Positions 21,071 to 22,039 of a DNA stretch of 22,039 bases are shown here, one piece after another; the stretch's first letter is position 1; the number at the start of each line of letters is the position of its first letter. Source of the DNA: a virus (Duplodnaviria > Heunggongvirae > Uroviricota > Caudoviricetes); IMG/VR virus record IMGVR_UViG_2609459792_000005. One strand, given 5' to 3'. Under the pieces are notes generated by a model. It saw only the letters and a program-made list of their open reading frames with translations. It had not been told where the DNA came from and did not search any database. A program made the translations under genes and the position numbers.

Positions 21071-21339
21071 GGTCAATACAAAGGATGCTTCGTCTTTATT
21101 ATAGTAATCTGAGGCGTCGGGTGTCTTGTATCAGACAACATATTGTCCCGCTAAACAGCGAATTACAAACCACCCTGCAATGATCTCTCATCTCATTTTA
21201 TATGAGTTGACGACATCAGGATAACGCATCATCAGCCCCTGCCAAGAAATATCAAAACTCCCGCCAGCAATGTGTTATCACAATATTGTAAAAAAAACAC
21301 AGCACCGAAACTATAACTGGTCTCTGTTATAATTTGGAG

Positions 21340-21418
21340 CAGAAAGACCAGTTGCCCAACTAGCAGCATTCTCCCCTGCTTTCCTGACGTAAAAAAACCG
21401 CATTAAGCGGTTTTTTTA
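21340..21418 (+). ncRNA. Candidate short plus-strand transcript (about 75-80 nt) between an extended -10 promoter and the bidirectional terminator
   Basis: Extended -10 TGtTATAAT at 21325-21333 (weak -35); the terminator ends about 85 nt downstream; no ORF; inverted repeat aactggtc (21314-21321) / gaccagtt (21346-21353) brackets the -10. Confidence 0.2.
21391..21417. terminator. Bidirectional rho-independent terminator
   Basis: A7 - aaccgc - attaa - gcggtt - T7: a 6-bp stem flanked by A7 on one side and T7 on the other, so it reads as a terminator on both strands. Confidence 0.55.
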
Positions 21419-21563
21419 CGATGTCCATGTCTGCAATCCGCCTCGCGATACAGCTGTGCGAAGCATAGCAAAATTGAAGCAGTTTATACGTAAGAAATCA
21501 AGCCATTTTCTCAGCAAATGATTCACGCATGGGAATATATAGGGCATACTCAGCAACAGCTAA

Positions 21564-22039
<476 letters not shown>

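Noticed and set aside
20741-21076. 111-aa minus-strand ORF in the AT-rich region, as a possible small membrane protein
   Set aside because: Low-complexity, poly-Phe/Ile sequence produced by AT-rich DNA and a homopolymer tract; the start codon sits inside a terminator hairpin; no RBS. Not rejected outright, but not supportable as a gene.
20455-21563. Looked for tRNA genes, stx-like or porin (nmpC-like) cargo, and a Q antiterminator gene between the lysis cassette and IS5
   Set aside because: No cloverleaf-like tRNA motif and no ORF long enough for a porin, toxin or Q on either strand.
21501-21563. 21-codon open frame on the minus strand abutting the IS5 end, as the 3' end of an IS5-truncated gene
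   Set aside because: An open stretch this short is expected by chance and I cannot match the peptide to any known C-terminus. Kept only as a note under the IS5 finding.

Overview
This window is a lambda-like (lambdoid) enterobacterial prophage segment, read in reverse orientation, so the late operon runs right-to-left on the minus strand. From right to left it holds: the end of an IS5 element (21564 to window end); an AT-rich, ORF-poor region with terminator hairpins; two tandem paralogous lipoprotein genes whose C-terminal domains resemble TolA domain III; a phage-21-type lysis cassette (pinholin S, SAR endolysin R, Rz with embedded Rz1); a small cos-proximal plus-strand cassette (ribbon-helix-helix protein plus a YbcV/DUF1398-like protein); a joined cos site (cosN, cosB R1-R3); and a complete lambda-type head and tail operon (Nu1, A, W, B, C/Nu3, D, E, FI, FII, Z, U, V, G/G-T, H, M, L, K, I, and the N-terminal 380 codons of J). 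The structural module is lambda-like in order, gene sizes and overlaps, while the lysis module is phage-21-like, so the element is mosaic. The most interesting candidates for uncharacterised biology are the TolA-domain-III lipoprotein pair upstream of the holin, and the RHH/DUF1398 pair beside cos. All calls rest on reading the sequence and on recalled knowledge of lambda, phage 21 and E. coli TolA; no database search was run, and lambda gene sizes are quoted from memory.
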